The notes under the pieces: generated by a model
Seen by the model: only the letters and a program-made list of their open reading frames with translations
Database searches by the model: none
Told to the model about the DNA's origin: nothing
Made by a program: the position numbers and the translations under genes
Shown: positions 24,654 to 39,499 of the stretch, in pieces
Position numbering within the stretch: the first letter of the stretch is position 1
How the letters are laid out: each line of letters begins with the position of its first letter
From: Girardia tigrina
Lineage: Eukaryota
Reading direction: 5' to 3'
Assembly: GCA_001938485.1 (NCBI GenBank)
Contig: MQRK01193510.1
Span: 1-64,000 of the forward strand
Length of the DNA: 64,000 nucleotides

Positions 24654-27471
24654 GAGTTTGTGTAAATTAATTCTGACAAACAATTAGATTTTGTTACCAT
24701 AAGGATATTTTTTTCTGGAATAAAACTTTACATAATTTTAAACAAATAATTTTTATGTTCTAAATTCTGCAAAAGAGAAACAAATGAATTTTTATCAATA
24801 AACAACAAACGGAATGAAGTTTCTGTCAAAAAGTTTATAACATAAAATAAAGATGCTCATACTTATTAATTAAAATATTTTCGCATTATCAATTTGATCC
24901 TCGCAAATTTTCAGTCAATACTATTGAAAATGTTTCATCTTTTAAATCCTTTTATCTCTTGAATAAAATATTTTACCGTTTGTTATATCGTTAATTTACG
25001 TTTATAACAACAAAGTAAAATTATATTATTTTATTAAAAAACAATAAATATAAATTTTTCAATGATTGCCACATGTTATGCTATATTTTACAGACATATG
25101 ACCAAACCGACCCGTATTTAAAAGCTACATTTACATATTGCAAAAAGCAATATGTATATGTTGAGCAAAGATGAATTGCATATCAAAATACGATCCCCAT
25201 GTGACGGATACCCAACTTTACTCGGACCTTTATGATCGGTTTCCAAAGGGTCAAATCTTATTATATCGGTTCTTAGAGATCTCTTGTAAATCAATCAATT
25301 CTTGTCTATTTCTAATATTTATTGTAGCTAAAATGCCCCCGTAACTCTATTTCGTCTAGTCGTATAAAACAGAATTTTAATTGCAATAGTCACATTTTGC
25401 TCTAAAACGAAAACATCAATGAAAAATTATCATTTTCTTTTTGAGACAAATAAAATACGTTTTCATAAGAATAATTAAATCAGTCGAATACTCAAATATT
25501 TCTTAAGGAGCAAATAAAAGATATTTTAAAAATACGTTTTTTTTGAGTAAATTATTGTAATATTAATTCATAGAAAAATCTTACAGAAACACAATCGCTA
25601 CAGTTGTTGTTACATGTGTCAATAGCTTTTTTGAGATTGCTCCGAGTCTTAGTTACTGACAGAAATCTCTTCAAACTTCCCCTTATGTATAGACTCTACT
25701 TCTTGCATAACATAAGTAAAGGTTTTGTTCATATCCTTTTGAAAATTTTACTGAACAATCTTTCTTTTTACAAATGTTCACCTTAAAAATTTTAATAACT
25801 TTTTACAAATATTTTCTAAAAATTGAAATAAATTTGACATCATTTTCCTTTGATATTAAATCTGAAACTAATTTACAGCTCTAAGATGATTATATCCCCA
25901 TAAAGACTCGCTTGAAGATTTATCTTAATCCATAAAGATGGATAAATTCTTTGACATAAAGTAGTGATTGTATTTTTGAGATCAAAATTTAAACATGACA
26001 AAATCGATTCAAAAAAAGAATTCAACATAAAAATGATGCGTTTGTAAAATATATGCAGATACTTAAGTCAGTAGTAAGCTGTTGATGCAGCTTTTTGCTA
26101 TTTTCAATTGTAATTTCTAAATAAAATTTTCAAACATTACATGTATCCGTTCCAGTGATGCATTTTAATGTAATGTTTTATATTAATGTCATTGTCATAA
26201 CATCATAAGCAAAATTACTTATATCTTATAGACATTCCTCTTTCATTAACCCTCAAACAATCTTAGAATAAAATGTCACCCAAGTATATTTTCTGAGAAT
26301 CTACAATTGTATTTTTGACAAACATTAGGTTTTAGCATTTTATGATTTCAAATTTCTTTTGAAACAACAGCAGGTTCCCAAAATTTATAATATTAAATAA
26401 GATATATTTTATATAGAATAAACGGGAAAGTTTGCTTTTATTTCAATTTGATAATTACACTGATTTATTTACAAGTTTAACCATAATTGAATATTTTTTG
26501 TTATTAAGTAAAAAACAAAAAACTTCATCTTAACTTAATATTTAACTTGTTTTATTTTATTAATCGATAGTAAATTCCTAAAAAATCAAAAATTAATTTT
26601 TAATGTAAATAAATAATTAAGTTTTGGTATATTATCAATTTAAAATTTTTAAAAATATTTTGTGTTTTTGATGAAAAATATAAATTTAAAGTATTATAAT
26701 TTTTAAGTTTAATTTAATAAATCGTTATAATAATAGTTTTTTAAGGGAATATGCAATATAAACGGGAAAAAGTTGAGAAATTTATCTCGAGAAATGGGAT
26801 TCAACTGTAATTCTTAACACTAAACAAATCCAATGAGGATCTCATGTTTAATTAATGATCGTATAAGGTTTAAAAGAAATTTTCATTATCTTTTTCAGTT
26901 TTGAGAGAATAATTAATAACTATATATTTATAAATTAAAGTATATATAATTATTTATATCAATATCATATTATATCAAAGGATCCTGAATATATAAAAAC
27001 TCCTGAGATTGTTTAAATCAATCAGTGTAATAAAGTTTAGACGCGCATTATTTGATTGTGTCAAAAATAAACGTTTATCTATTTTTTCTATTTAATTTTT
27101 CTATTTTCTAATTTTTTCTATTTTATCTATTTTATTGCGTTATTAGTAATTATTTAAATCTTTTGTAGAAGAGAAAATTTCAAAAATTTTTGCAACACAA
27201 TTTTGCAATAAAAATTTACTATTAGCATAATAAATTTATTATAAAGCATGAAAGGAAAAAACTAAAAAAATTCTAGATAATATAGTTACATTTGTGGAAA
27301 ATTGTAAAATGTTTTTTGCAAAAACATTTTTTTCGACTAACTAGTTTGATCAAATTTTCACATTATCATTTATTAACATTGAGAATGAGTAAATACACAA
27401 AGTTTTGAGAAACTTGATTGAATGAAAACCTTCAAATAAGTTCGTAAATGTCATTGATATATATATGCGTG

Positions 27472-27991
27472 TGTTATGCCAAATTTGTGTAATTGCCGAA
27501 TTAGTGAAATCGGCAACAGTTTGCTAAATAGCGTAATTTCCGAATTTATGAACTAGTCAATTTTTTGCCTAATTCACTAACTATATGAAAAATTTTCATT
27601 TAAAAATGAAAATTTCTCAATTTAAAATGAAAGATTATGTACTTATTATGAAAAGAGATAAATTAAATATGAAAAAAATCTTAATTTATTATGCAAAATA
27701 GACTCAAAATGTTAAATTTTATTTATAGTTAATTAAACTTCTTTCTTCGTGTCAAGCTGAATTACAAACGTTTGTATTTTAAGTTTTTTTCATAATTAAT
27801 TGATATTTATCACATTAAATTGATTTTTTCATATTAAATCGATATTTTTTCATATTAAATCGATATTTTTTCATATTAAATCAATATTTTTCAAATTAAA
27901 TATTAATATAAATTTTATAATTGAATTAAAAAATTTTTTAAAAAAGTTGCCGAATTCGTGAATTCGGTAATTACCCAAATTCGGCATAACA
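27472..27991. mobile_element. MITE with ~45-bp TIRs and an internal ~21-22-bp tandem repeat
   Basis: TGTTATGCCAAATTTGTGTAATTGCCGAATT.. / ..AATTCGGTAATTACCCAAATTCGGCATAACA. About four copies of GATATTTTTTCATATTAAATC at 27800-27900. Confidence 0.75.
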
Positions 27992-29740
27992 TATATTTGT
28001 TTATAACATGGAAAAAGAATTAAAGATTCATATAATTATTAAAAACACTAATTGGATTTTCAATACAATTTGAATTGTCACTAGAGCAATTCTCCATAAA
28101 ACTTTCGTAACAAGTCATCGTTCTAGATTGATAAATTTTTTATTGTATTTGTTAACGTCTTATTATTTAAACAAATTTAAATTACAATTTATTTACAATT
28201 CGATTTCAAAATAATTTATAATTTAAATTACAATATAATTTTAATTATTTTTAAAAAATATTTTAAATATATTATTTAAGATATATTAATTTAATTTTAA
28301 AGTTAGTTATTTAAAATTGAATAAATACTCCGACGTTTTAAAATATTTAAAATATCAATCTTTCATCTAGAAGGGAGAAACACAATCCTAAAACAACATA
28401 CAATAAGCACAATTCCAAAATATTCCTTTTAATTATTATTGTTAAGCAATAATCAATTTTCAATAAAAAACGTAACATAATTAACTGAATAAAATAATCT
28501 TGTTTGACAATTATACATAACAAATCATGCAAAAGAAAAACAAACAGATCAAGGAACCGGTTGGCCACATCAAATCTGTAATATAATCATTGCCCTTACA
28601 AAAAATTGATCTTGGTTAATATTTATCATTGAAAAATCAAAATAAAACATGAGATTATGTTCTTTTCTCCTTGACATTTTCAGTTGATAAAAATCTTGGA
28701 ATGATGAAAAATTTAGTGGCTGCTCTTAAATTAAAACTAACGATAAATGTCAAATAAATATTTTTGAATATCTAAATTTATATCAACTGCTTGGATTTTA
28801 TTATTTATGAAATAAATGTCGAAATTACATCTTCGAATTATTCAACAACAACGAAAATTCAAAGATTAAATTCATCTCCCAACGGATTTCGATTATATAT
28901 TTTCTTTGAAAATAATTTAATTTCACATTTTCCCATTTTTTATTCTAAAAATTGTATTTCATTACGGACATCAAATAAGAAAACAAACACTAGCCAAGGT
29001 ATATGATATTAAAAAAGAGGAATAATTAAGATTAATTGGAAGAGAAAAAAGATAATTAGAATACTTTACAGAGGGGAATGGATGGAACCTGGGAAATTTG
29101 TGAAAAGCAGCTATAAATTATAAGCAGTGTTGAAAGCATGTAAATATTTGGATGCATCTATGACCAAACGGCTAAGTGCCAAGAGAAAGAAGAATATTCT
29201 AAAAATATGAGAGGTAAACCCCGTTTTACTTTATGGATGTGTTATAGGACAAACGATGCAAAACAAAACGATGGTTAAAGATGATGTTGTTCTAACTTTT
29301 TTAATTGAATTTGAAAGTATACCTAAAGCATTTCCCATTTTAGAAGCAATTCGTTATTCAAAAGATCGTTTTTAAAACATCTAATATCATTTTCAGAGTA
29401 ACGCATTTTCTATTTCTTCGTGCAGTTCGTTTACTCATTTCATTTGGCATTCATTTACGGAATTTTCGACTTAAATAATTATTTTCAAGTAATGTAAATT
29501 GTTATATAATTTCCCATAAATAAAAACAGCCTCTTACATACTTGAGAAAAAGAATTTCAATTTAAATATTAAATATAAAAATTTGCTTCGAACAATAATA
29601 ATTCGGCCTTCGTTAAATTAAAACGATGTTATGTGAGGTTCGTCAGTGATTAATACCACAATCGCCGTTATTATGTCCATGGCAAGTTATTTATTTTAAA
29701 TAACATCAGCTTAATTAATTTTAGAATCGTATTTTTATTA

Positions 29741-30909
29741 TTAGGTGTACAAGTATAAAATGCGGATTAAATTTTGAAAAGAAATACGTTAAAAACAAAA
29801 GAACGATAAAAAAGCTTTATTCAAAATATGCTCCATTACTAATGATACATTTGTCCCATCTATATCTCAAATTGTGNNNNNNNNNNNNNNNNNNNNNNNN
29901 NNNNNNNNNNNNNNNNNNNNNNNNNNNNNNNNNNNNNNNNNNNNNNNNNNNNNNNNNNNNNNNNNNNNNNNNNNNNNNNNNNNNNNNNNNNNNNNNNNNN
30001 NNNNNNNNNNNNNNNNNNNNNNNNNNNNNNNNNNNNNNNNNNNNNNNNNNNNNNNNNNNNNNNNNNNNNNNNNNNNNNNNNNNNNNNNNNNNNNNNNNNN
30101 NNNNNNNNNNNNNNNNNNNNNNNNNNNNNNNNNNNNNNNNNNNNNNNNNNNNNNNNNNNNNNNNNNNNNNNNNNNNNNNNNNNNNNNNNNNNNNNNNNNN
30201 NNNNNNNNNNNNNNNNNNNNNNNNNNNNNNNNNNNNNNNNNNNNNNNNNNNNNNNNNNNNNNNNNNNNNNNNNNNNNNNNNNNNNNNNNNNNNNNNNNNN
30301 NNNNNNNNNNNNNNNNNNNNNNNNNNNNNNNNNNNNNNNNNNNNNNNNNNNNNNNNNNNNNNNNNNNNNNNNNNNNNNNNNNNNNNNNNNNNNNNNNNNN
30401 NNNNNNNNNNNNNNNNNNNNNNNNNNNNNNNNNNNNNNNNNNNNNNNNNNNNNNNNNNNNNNNNNNNNNNNNNNNNNNNNNNNNNNNNNNNNNNNNNNNN
30501 NNNNNNNNNNNNNNNNNNNNNNNNNNNNNNNNNNNNNNNNNNNNNNNNNNNNNNNNNNNNNNNNNNNNNNNNNNNNNNNNNNNNNNNNNNNNNNNNNNNN
30601 NNNNNNNNNNNNNNNNNNNNNNNNNNNNNNNNNNNNNNNNNNNNNNNNNNNNNNNNNNNNNNNNNNNNNNNNNNNNNNNNNNNNNNNNNNNNNNNNNNNN
30701 NNNNNNNNNNNNNNNNNNNNNNNNNNNNNNNNNNNNNNNNNNNNNNNNNNNNNNNNNNNNNNNNNNNNNNNNNNNNNNNNNNNNNNNNNNNNNNNNNNNA
30801 CACTACATAATTACTCAATATTATGACATCATTGCCTAACCATTGACCTACTTTTTGCATTGTGCACAATCCGTTTTCTGAAATCCGCATTTCATACTTG
30901 TACACCTAA
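29741..30909 (-). mobile_element. Young mariner element; interior lost in an assembly gap
   Basis: Near-perfect 28-bp TIRs TTAGGTGTACAAGTAT(A/G)AAATGCGGATT with TA flanks. Transposase C-terminus NLRYRWDKCIISNGAYFE* on the minus strand. Confidence 0.9.
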
Positions 30910-31759
30910 TATATGTTTTAAATCCTAATTCATTTTTGACTATAATAAAAAGAAATATTTAATAAAAATATAATGTTAATTTTATTTTTCTATTATTTCA
31001 TTTTCTATTATTTTTGAAAATTTGTTATTTCTGTTCTAAAAATTGAAAATGTTCTAAAAAAATGTTATTCTTTTTTATCTTTTTTATATTTACTTGTTTT
31101 AATCAGTAGTAAAAAATCATAAAATAATAATGTTCAAAGGTTATATAATTTTAATTTTATTTTTTGGGGCTTTCTCAATTATATTGTTATTTAATAAATA
31201 AATTACAAAACGAATTTCACTATATTCATGGAAACTTTTAAAAAACTTAACAAATATTGTTCTTTATTTGTGGCATTTAATAAACTGTTTGGATTTTTGA
31301 TTATTTTTCCAATCTACTTTGAAATGTCATCCTATCATCAAATAATATATTTATTTATTTCATCATTAATACAGGTGGCCAAGTACGATCAACGGGGGTT
31401 TGTCTTATAGTGTTTACTTGCCAATTCTCGGAGGTAAATTATTTCCAATGGCTAACATATATTGCTCTTTGAAATTTGTAATTAATCCTTGAATTAATTT
31501 TTATTATTAATTTTCTGTCTGTTAAATAACTTGTGATGAGGAAATTTATTTTTCTAATATTGAGCTCATGAATTTTTGTTGTTAATTAATACGTAAAATA
31601 TATATATAATTAAAAATAAAAATTTAGTAAAACAGAAAAGGTCAAAATTTAAAATAAACAAATATTGCAAATTATGAGAAATTTACTTTCGGGTCCGTAA
31701 AAAATATACAACTATTAAGCAATAAAATACGAACGTCCTTTTAAAATCTATTGGAAAAT

Positions 31760-31965
31760 TAAACATTTTGACGGTTTTACCATCATCTTCAGATCACTGA
31801 TATTTAAGCTTTGTATTACTTATACATGTAAAATGGATGACTGTCTAATCTAATAAGTAAAATTAATCGAAAAATCTTAACAGATTGGTTGAGAGTGCCG
31901 TTTGAACACTGACTTTAGGAACAGGAGACTTTATTAACAATGCTTACACTACACTTTTCCCTGTT
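31760..31965 (-). mobile_element. Penelope-like 3' end with degenerate hammerhead
   Basis: Minus strand: '(E)ALLIK..PKVSVQ' C-terminal motif, then gat-CTGAAGA-tgatggt-aaa-accgtc-aaaatgttt. Homologous to 37820-37960. Confidence 0.55.
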
Positions 31966-32260
31966 TCGGAATTTAAATTAAATTCTTATTATATTATTGT
32001 TATTTATATTTAAATATTCCAAATGTATCCTTTATCTTTTGCCCAAAAGACAATCAAGTCAAAATAATTTTTCCATATTTGAATAGTTTTTTTTATTTGA
32101 ATTCCTTATTTCCTGAAGATTTATGATTTGCTTTGATTGACAATTGTTAATTTATTTACCGCTTTCCTTATAAGAGATATGAAAATAATTAAATAATTTA
32201 AATTTGAAAAAAATTAAAGAATTAAATATTAATAAATAATAATAATTCCTTTTAAAATAA

Positions 32261-32463
32261 AGAGCTGTTCATTTAATACGTAACGCTTAAGGGGGTGTAG
32301 GGGGGTTCTGGAGATTATTGGGTATTTTTTGTAGTGACCCAGTTAATTATTATATATAAATTATATATAGTAAATTATATATAAAATTACATATATATAT
32401 ATATATATATATANNNNNNNNNNNNNNNNNNNNNNNNNNNNNNNNNNNNNNNNNNNNNNNNNN

Positions 32464-32503
<40 letters not shown>

Positions 32504-33321
32504 CGAGGATCCATAAAAACAATCATTAATATTACGGATTACAACTATATTATATTACCTACAAGACATTTTCCTGTAAAATCGGTTCGTAAAGGAATTT
32601 TCTGCAAACCAATTTATCAATATTCCCCCTGAAAGTGCATCGAAATCGAGATTTATCCATGCCATTCTCTCTCTCTCGTATGTGATTTTTTTGTTATATA
32701 TGTTTATTTATATTGTGTAAAATAAAAGTTATATGCATATTTATCTTTATTTTTTTTGTTACGTTAAAGGAGTTAACTGAAACACATTTTCAGTTAGCTC
32801 TTTTACATTTGTGACATAGATAGATTTGTTATTTAACAGAAATTTGTTACTTAACACTTTGGACAAAAAATTTCTTAAAGTTTCGATACTTATTTGACTT
32901 ACCCGTGAGAGGAGGACTAATTAGGTAGACAGCTTGCAGAGTGAAGGAAAGGAAACAATTTATATTTTTTTGATTAACTAACCCTCCAGTGCAAACATTA
33001 CATCCCACTTTTATCATTAAATCATCGCGACACTATTGCTCTGTTCTGCTAAGCTTTTTTTTACTAAAAAAAGTACTATTGAATATAAAGTCTATGAATA
33101 ACATAGTATTCTCTGAATTCGGTCTTAGACGGATGTTAGTACTAATGTTACAAAAATCGTGTTAGTACTGCAAGGTTAATAAAAGTTTAAGAACAAAAAT
33201 TTTGTGTTATGTCATATGTTCGGGGAGTTGTTGGGTCTAGCGATTTGTGGAAATTTGTGACATGGGAGATGACAGGTCACAAATTCCGATTTTTTGCGTT
33301 ACGAATTAAATGAACAGCCCC
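32261..33321. mobile_element. PIF/Harbinger-type MITE
   Basis: TIRs (A/G)G(A/G)GCTGTTCATTTAAT(A/T)CGTAACGC at both ends, flanked by TAA on both sides. Confidence 0.7.
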
Positions 33322-34869
33322 TAATTGAGGTTTGATCTTTTAAAAACCCTAACAAAGGTATTTTGTTCAAGTTATTGTAGTAAATTTAAATATTAGATAT
33401 TTTATTTTTTTTTTATTTTTATATATATCAGGATAACCAAGAAAAAAACTTGAGTCTATTGACTCGCTCTGATTAGTTACCAATCCGAGCCAACCTTGTC
33501 AGATGACGAAATATTATTATTATTTATGTTATTGTTATTCTTTTGTTATTATTTATTATTACGTTTTTGTTCCAATCTTCTTATTTTCCTTATGATGGTT
33601 TTTATTCAGAAAAATTTCAAATTTTTATTTTCGTTTCCAGAGATATTAATCTACTGAATTATTTATTTTTTTTAATCTTTATATCTATTTTGAATCATTG
33701 ATTTCCTTTTAATAATAATAATTATTTTAAAACTATTTTTGCTTAGAATCTTGATATATAATGTTAATACTGAGTAATCGAAATCGCAGACAAAATAATA
33801 ATCGCTCGAATCAACGCACTATAAATATGTTATTATTTTTTCAATAGATTATTCGTTATATAAATCGCGCAAACATAAATCATTTTGTTTTCTTGTATAT
33901 TCTAACTTTAAAAAATAATTTAACTGAATTAGAATTATTATATTCCTTGTTACATTTACATCCAAAATGATAACTATAATGTTCTCAAAGTTGTAATAGA
34001 AGCATTTAAGTGTATAATAAAATTATTATCATTTATGAAATTAAGACTCCGAATTCAGGGTTTAATACAAAAGCAAAGTTCTTTGAAAAGATCATATTAA
34101 TCAGAAACTGTTTAAATTCCAATATTTGTTCCAATATTCTTCAGGAAGTTCCCATGAAAGAGACAAGAAGTTTAAGTTGTCTAATTAAGAATACAAATAC
34201 TTGATAACGGTATGTGCAAAAACGAACTAATAAATATGAATCAAAATCAGTTTCTAACTTTACTCATAAAATAAGAATATAAGTCTTCAAATTACTCTTA
34301 ATCAATCATGACAATTGAAAAGAAGTATGAAACAAAAAAAATGTTTTTACTTAACAAGGAGTCCTGGGTCTTCTAATCAATTTAGTTTATTAATGTCTAC
34401 CGACAATTATTTATTCCCATTATTTGTTAAAACTAGTAAAAATTGGTAAACAATTTCCGAACACAACTCTATAGGTGTAAGTGATATTATTTATTATATT
34501 ATTATTTTTAGGTACGTGATACTATTTTAAATTTATGGTATTTTCAATACTTTTTAAATAAATGTTTTAATTATTTAAAAGCACTATAAATAAGGTACAA
34601 TTACAACATAACCAATTTGCAAACAACTATTATTAATGTTGGAATATTGATTTTATTATTCATTATTATTTTTTTCAATTAATTTATTAATAGTGTTTTG
34701 CTAGTTTCTCCGCTATTGATTTTGAAAATCAATTAACAATATAATTTCTTTACTTATTAGAGCTATCTTGATATCCTTTACATGAATATGAAAGGGCGTT
34801 AGATGACCTTAAGTTGTGTTTTGAGGATATTTAGATAAAGAATTTCTTTAATTAAAATACGGAAAATCC

Positions 34870-34950
34870 CGGTACATGTAAAGGGTTTAAGACAACATGC
34901 GTTGAAGAAACGTCGCGTTATCTTTGTAAGAGAATCCAAAGACCACAGTA
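34870..34950 (+). mobile_element. Penelope-like GIY-YIG endonuclease fragment
   Basis: TCKGFKTTCVEETSRYLCKRIQ resembles the consensus C..C..TYVGETSRHL..RI.EH. Confidence 0.6.
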
Positions 34951-35152
34951 ATAAGTAATAATAATAATAAGAAAACGTGTTAAGGGACACGAATACTCAA
35001 GACTTGAAAATTCTGTACCACCAAATAAAAAATTATTAGGAAAGAGTGACGTGAAGTGTTTTATGAGATCATTAATACTTTTTGGTTAAGGAAACATCTT
35101 TTTTTACTTCGAATCGAATAAGAAAAAAACTTAAGTCACACTCTTTACATTA

Positions 35153-36428
35153 GGACTGAGTGCGAAAAATATTACTAACTTTAAATCTCTATAATTCCAA
35201 CATAAATTCACAAATTACAAAAACTAATCAAGTAGGCTGTTGTTTGAATAAATTAAAATAAAAATCATTTTAGTATTCATTTTTAAATTTCATATTTCAT
35301 GAATATTTCATCAGAAACAGGAAATCTCGAATTAATTATTCATTTATTTCTAAAAAATCCACAATGAAATCAGAAAACAATTGCCAGAAAGGCAAAGATT
35401 TGTCAGAAAACAGTTTCTAACGTTATTAAAAAACTTCAATGAGAACTTGAACGTTTTTAGAAAAATTGGTTCGGAAAGAAGAAAGGGTTTTTCGTGTACA
35501 CAGAATGTGAAGAAAGTAAAAGCTCTGTTAGAGAGAAATCCTCGTCTATCAAATTGAAAACTGGTGGTAAAGTCAAATTGTAGCGAGAAAACAGTTTGGA
35601 ATTTTAAACAGTCTGTTGATTTAAAAACATATAAAGTTTAAACAGTACCAGACTGGAATGCTAACAAGAACGTAAAGGTGCAGCAGCGAGCCAGAAAGTT
35701 GAAATCTGGTTTTCCTGTGAAGAAAAAATGTTGCATTATGTATAATGAGACATATGTGATCTGCGAGTTTTCCCAGTTAGACAAGAATTTTACTCTGCAA
35801 CTAAGAGAGGAAAAGTTGAAGATAATTTTAGAAGCAATAAAAAATTTAAGTTTCCCAAAAAATTGCTTGTTTGGCAGGCTGTATGACGATGCGGGAAAAG
35901 GAGTAAATGCTTTGTCAAATCTGGTAATATAAACACAGAATTTTATGTGAAGGAGTGCTTGCAATAGCGTTTATTACCATTCATAAGTCAGCACGGAGGT
36001 ATTACTTTCTTTTGGTATCGTGCCACTATGACAGGGCAGTCAAGAAGTCGCACGAAGACAATACGTCGATTTGGTGCAAAGATAGGCAAACCCCCCGAAT
36101 TGTCAGAGCTTCGCCAGTCGAAAGATATTGGACCCTGATAAAAAAGCTATTAAAGACGGCAAACAAGAGAGCACAGACAATTGCAGATTTTCGGAACACG
36201 TAGAATAATGCAAATAAAAACGTGACAGAAACTACAATTGCAAGTCTAATGGCAGGCATTCCGGAAAAGATCATAGAATTTATCAAAGAAATAAATAATC
36301 TTTCTTAGCTCACTAAAATTATTTTGAATTAAACACATTTTTCAAAACAGTCGGTATTTTTTTCAATCAAAAATATGGTTTTGAAGATAGATGATTTTAA
36401 AGTTAGTAATATTTTTCGTACCCAGTCC
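35153..36428 (+). mobile_element. DD37E-like (ITmD37E-type) Tc1/mariner superfamily element, degenerate
   Basis: ~35-bp TIRs GGACTG(A/G)GT(G/A)CGAAAAATATTACTAACTTTAAA. Relic motifs 'CCIMYNETYV' (CIMDDETYV), 'FPKNCLFGR/WQAV' and 'NPPNC.ELRPVERYW'. Confidence 0.75.
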
Positions 36429-37819
36429 TTATAATTTGTTATTAATAAAAATATATCTAACAATGTATTTAAGTTATAACTTCTTTATGTTTAACTTAAC
36501 TAACTAAATTTTATTCAATTTATTATACCTGGTCGAACAATTTCGAATGGATGATTGAATCTATGCGTATTAAGGTTAATCAAAATTATTTATTTTTTGT
36601 TTTAGTAAATTTTTTAATTGTAATGAAAATAAATAATTTACCAATAAAATATGCAGAATTAACATTAAAATAAATTACAAAAAAAATTGTTGTTGTGACA
36701 AACTTTGAGAAAGTCGATGTTGCTTATCAAAGGAAAATCAGGGGATTTTGTAAATTTGCGATTTTGGATGTTAGTACATTAATAATTTGTTTATTTTAAT
36801 ATCTTCAATCAAAAATTATAAAGCGGATACCCCGTACATTTTTTTTAAAAAATTAATTACTGAATAAAAATTGTCAATCAACACAAGAGAGAACGAGAAC
36901 TGGCCCTCGCTAGAGCAAAAAATGATCTTGGAATAAAACAATCAGCAATAATCTTAAGGTCAGCAGCTGGTCGGGAAGATCCGGATCAATTCTTGCTTAA
37001 GGATAACTATTCAATCTAGATCTAAAAAATACGATTTCTAAGGAGTTGTGAAACAGCATGAAGACAGATTATAATTAATTTTTATAGCATTCTAGAATGC
37101 TTCGACATTTGTGCTCAAATGCCCCCTTTAATCTATACTATTTGTTAAGAAACTGAGTACATTTTAAAGGGTAAAATAAGTCAAATAAAAACCTTCATGT
37201 AAAATAAGTATTTAAAAATAAATAACAAACCAAAACATGAAAAAACAATCTATTTTTTAAGGTTTTCAATTTTATTAACTTTAGGTAATAATTTTAATTT
37301 TACTGAGGAATTTATAAAAAATATGAGTAAATTAGTATTTTAACATTTTTATTGAATTACTTTTTATTTTTTTTTGAAATACAATTTATTTTTAATTTCA
37401 TTTAATGATGAAAAAACATAAAATATTAAACATGAGAAATTAATTAAAATGAATTTTTCTGACTAAAAAAATTTTTTTCTCAATTTTAGACTTATTTTAA
37501 TTAAGTAATTAATTATTTTTAATTATCTATATTTATTTTTGGATTATTTTTATGAATTAATTAAAATAAATCAGAAAAAGAAAATATTAATTAAGTTCTT
37601 TGCAAACATTTTTTTTGTATTTTAATTTGTACTTTGTCAATTTATAGAAAAAATTTCAAGTAATTAAATGAAATGAAAAAGTTTTTTAATAATTTATTCT
37701 ACTTATAATTTTAAGTAAAGTTGTCTGTTTTGAATAAATATATTATTTTCCAAAATACATGGAAAAATATACATCAAACATTCATTTATAGATTAAAAAT
37801 CGAGGAACTTTTTAAAAGT

Positions 37820-37960
37820 ATATTTCGAATGTTTTACCGTCATCTTCGGATCACTAATCATTTACTTTTCATTGCTTACATATTATAAATGAAGGATTAA
37901 GTTATCTCTTTCGTAAAATTAATCGAAAATCATTATCAAAGTGGTTGTGAGTACAGTTTT
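37820..37960 (-). mobile_element. Penelope-like 3' end, second copy, with degenerate hammerhead
   Basis: Aligns by eye to 31760-31900. Minus strand gat-CCGAAGA-tgacggtaaaacattc-GAAA. Confidence 0.5.
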
Positions 37961-39406
37961 ATTTTATAAATAATACTTCATACGACACTCAACAATTTGT
38001 ATAATTCTTGAGCATCGTTTAAAAAACCTTTTTCTTAGTGTTAGACTGACAAGGTTTCCGATTCGCATAAATATTACTCTTACATCCTGTTCTTGGCGGA
38101 TATCGGATCTCAGATAAACAATCCATTGTACGTTTTCTCTGAATATTTTTTGTTTCTTCATCCTTTTAGTTTTCTAACTCACTGCGTACCTGACTAATTT
38201 GCCTAACAAAAACGGTCGCGCTCCTATCAGGATCTCAGTTCATATTAATCGATACCTTGTTGTAATGTACGATCTGACAGACCTCATACGCGATCTTCTA
38301 GAACATCCTCAAAGCTATTCTTAATTGGCATGACCTTGCATGAGATTCTCGAGTTTGGATACACTTGCCACAGCACATTTAAGGCATAGATCGAGGTACT
38401 CTTCTTCATCTTCTTTTGTTTTTTTCTAATTTGGTTTCTGGACATTCGTTTTACTGCTTTCTTTTTCGCTTTTTACATACACTTGGAAACTATTGAAATG
38501 AATAAAAAATCATTTTTTTTCAAAATTTCTTCATTTCTAATTTAAAATTCTTTGTGGTGCTATCACCAATTTAAAAATTTTTCAGATAAACTCAACTGAA
38601 ACTAAAGAAAATATAACCATTTAATTTTAATTATTCAATATATATAGTCTAGAATTAATAATGGTGTAGAATCTCTCGTTCTCTCACCAATTTTCATTGC
38701 TTAATTCACTTGTGGTACATGTTTTGCTTTTTTATTGAATATGTGAATGAGTTTATTAATTTGTTTGTTTATTTGCTTTTTGTGAAACTGAGAATCTGAA
38801 GGGTGAAAGAAAAAACGAAAAAAGGAAAGTAAAGAAATAAAAGGATCAATGAAAGCTTTCCCCCTCGCATCAAAAATTATAGTACATTTTAATTATATTA
38901 AAAAAATCAATAAGCTATAAAATTACCAAGGAATAACAATATTTGGATTTATGATACACTTATGAATTATGATACACAAATTCAACCTTACCAGATACAT
39001 AAACGATTTGTTCGGCAGTAATTTGAGATCAACAAGCGATTATATTTAGATATATATCCCAAACAAATAACAGAAATTAAAATTGGGAATTTCGCCAAGA
39101 ATATTATCGTTGAATTGTCGTATTAATTCAGTATGCTAAGAAGCAAAACAAAGAAAATCAACCGTTATATTTGTCGAAAATAATCCGATTAATTAATTTG
39201 ATCAAGCACACACCAAATAGTTCTTCGGTCGTCGAACGAACAAATGAGAAATTATTTTGCATCAAAATCATACAAAATCGATTGAGTGACATTTATTATT
39301 TTTGTTACGGGTTGTTACATTAATTATTGTGTTTATCACTTTTATCAATAATAACATCATTCATACACAGTTATTTTTTATTTATCAGCCTTACGACAAA
39401 GTTCAG

Positions 39407-39451
<45 letters not shown>

Positions 39452-39499
39452 GTTAGCTTGGTCTGAGGTATTAATAAATGGCATTTTTAATAATAATTT

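Noticed and set aside
37964-38470. GC-richer minus-strand segment with a 65-aa ORF (similar unexplained islands at 5200-5480 and 42050-42370)
   Set aside because: No recognisable domain and multiple stops. Probably decayed TE sequence, but unassignable by eye.
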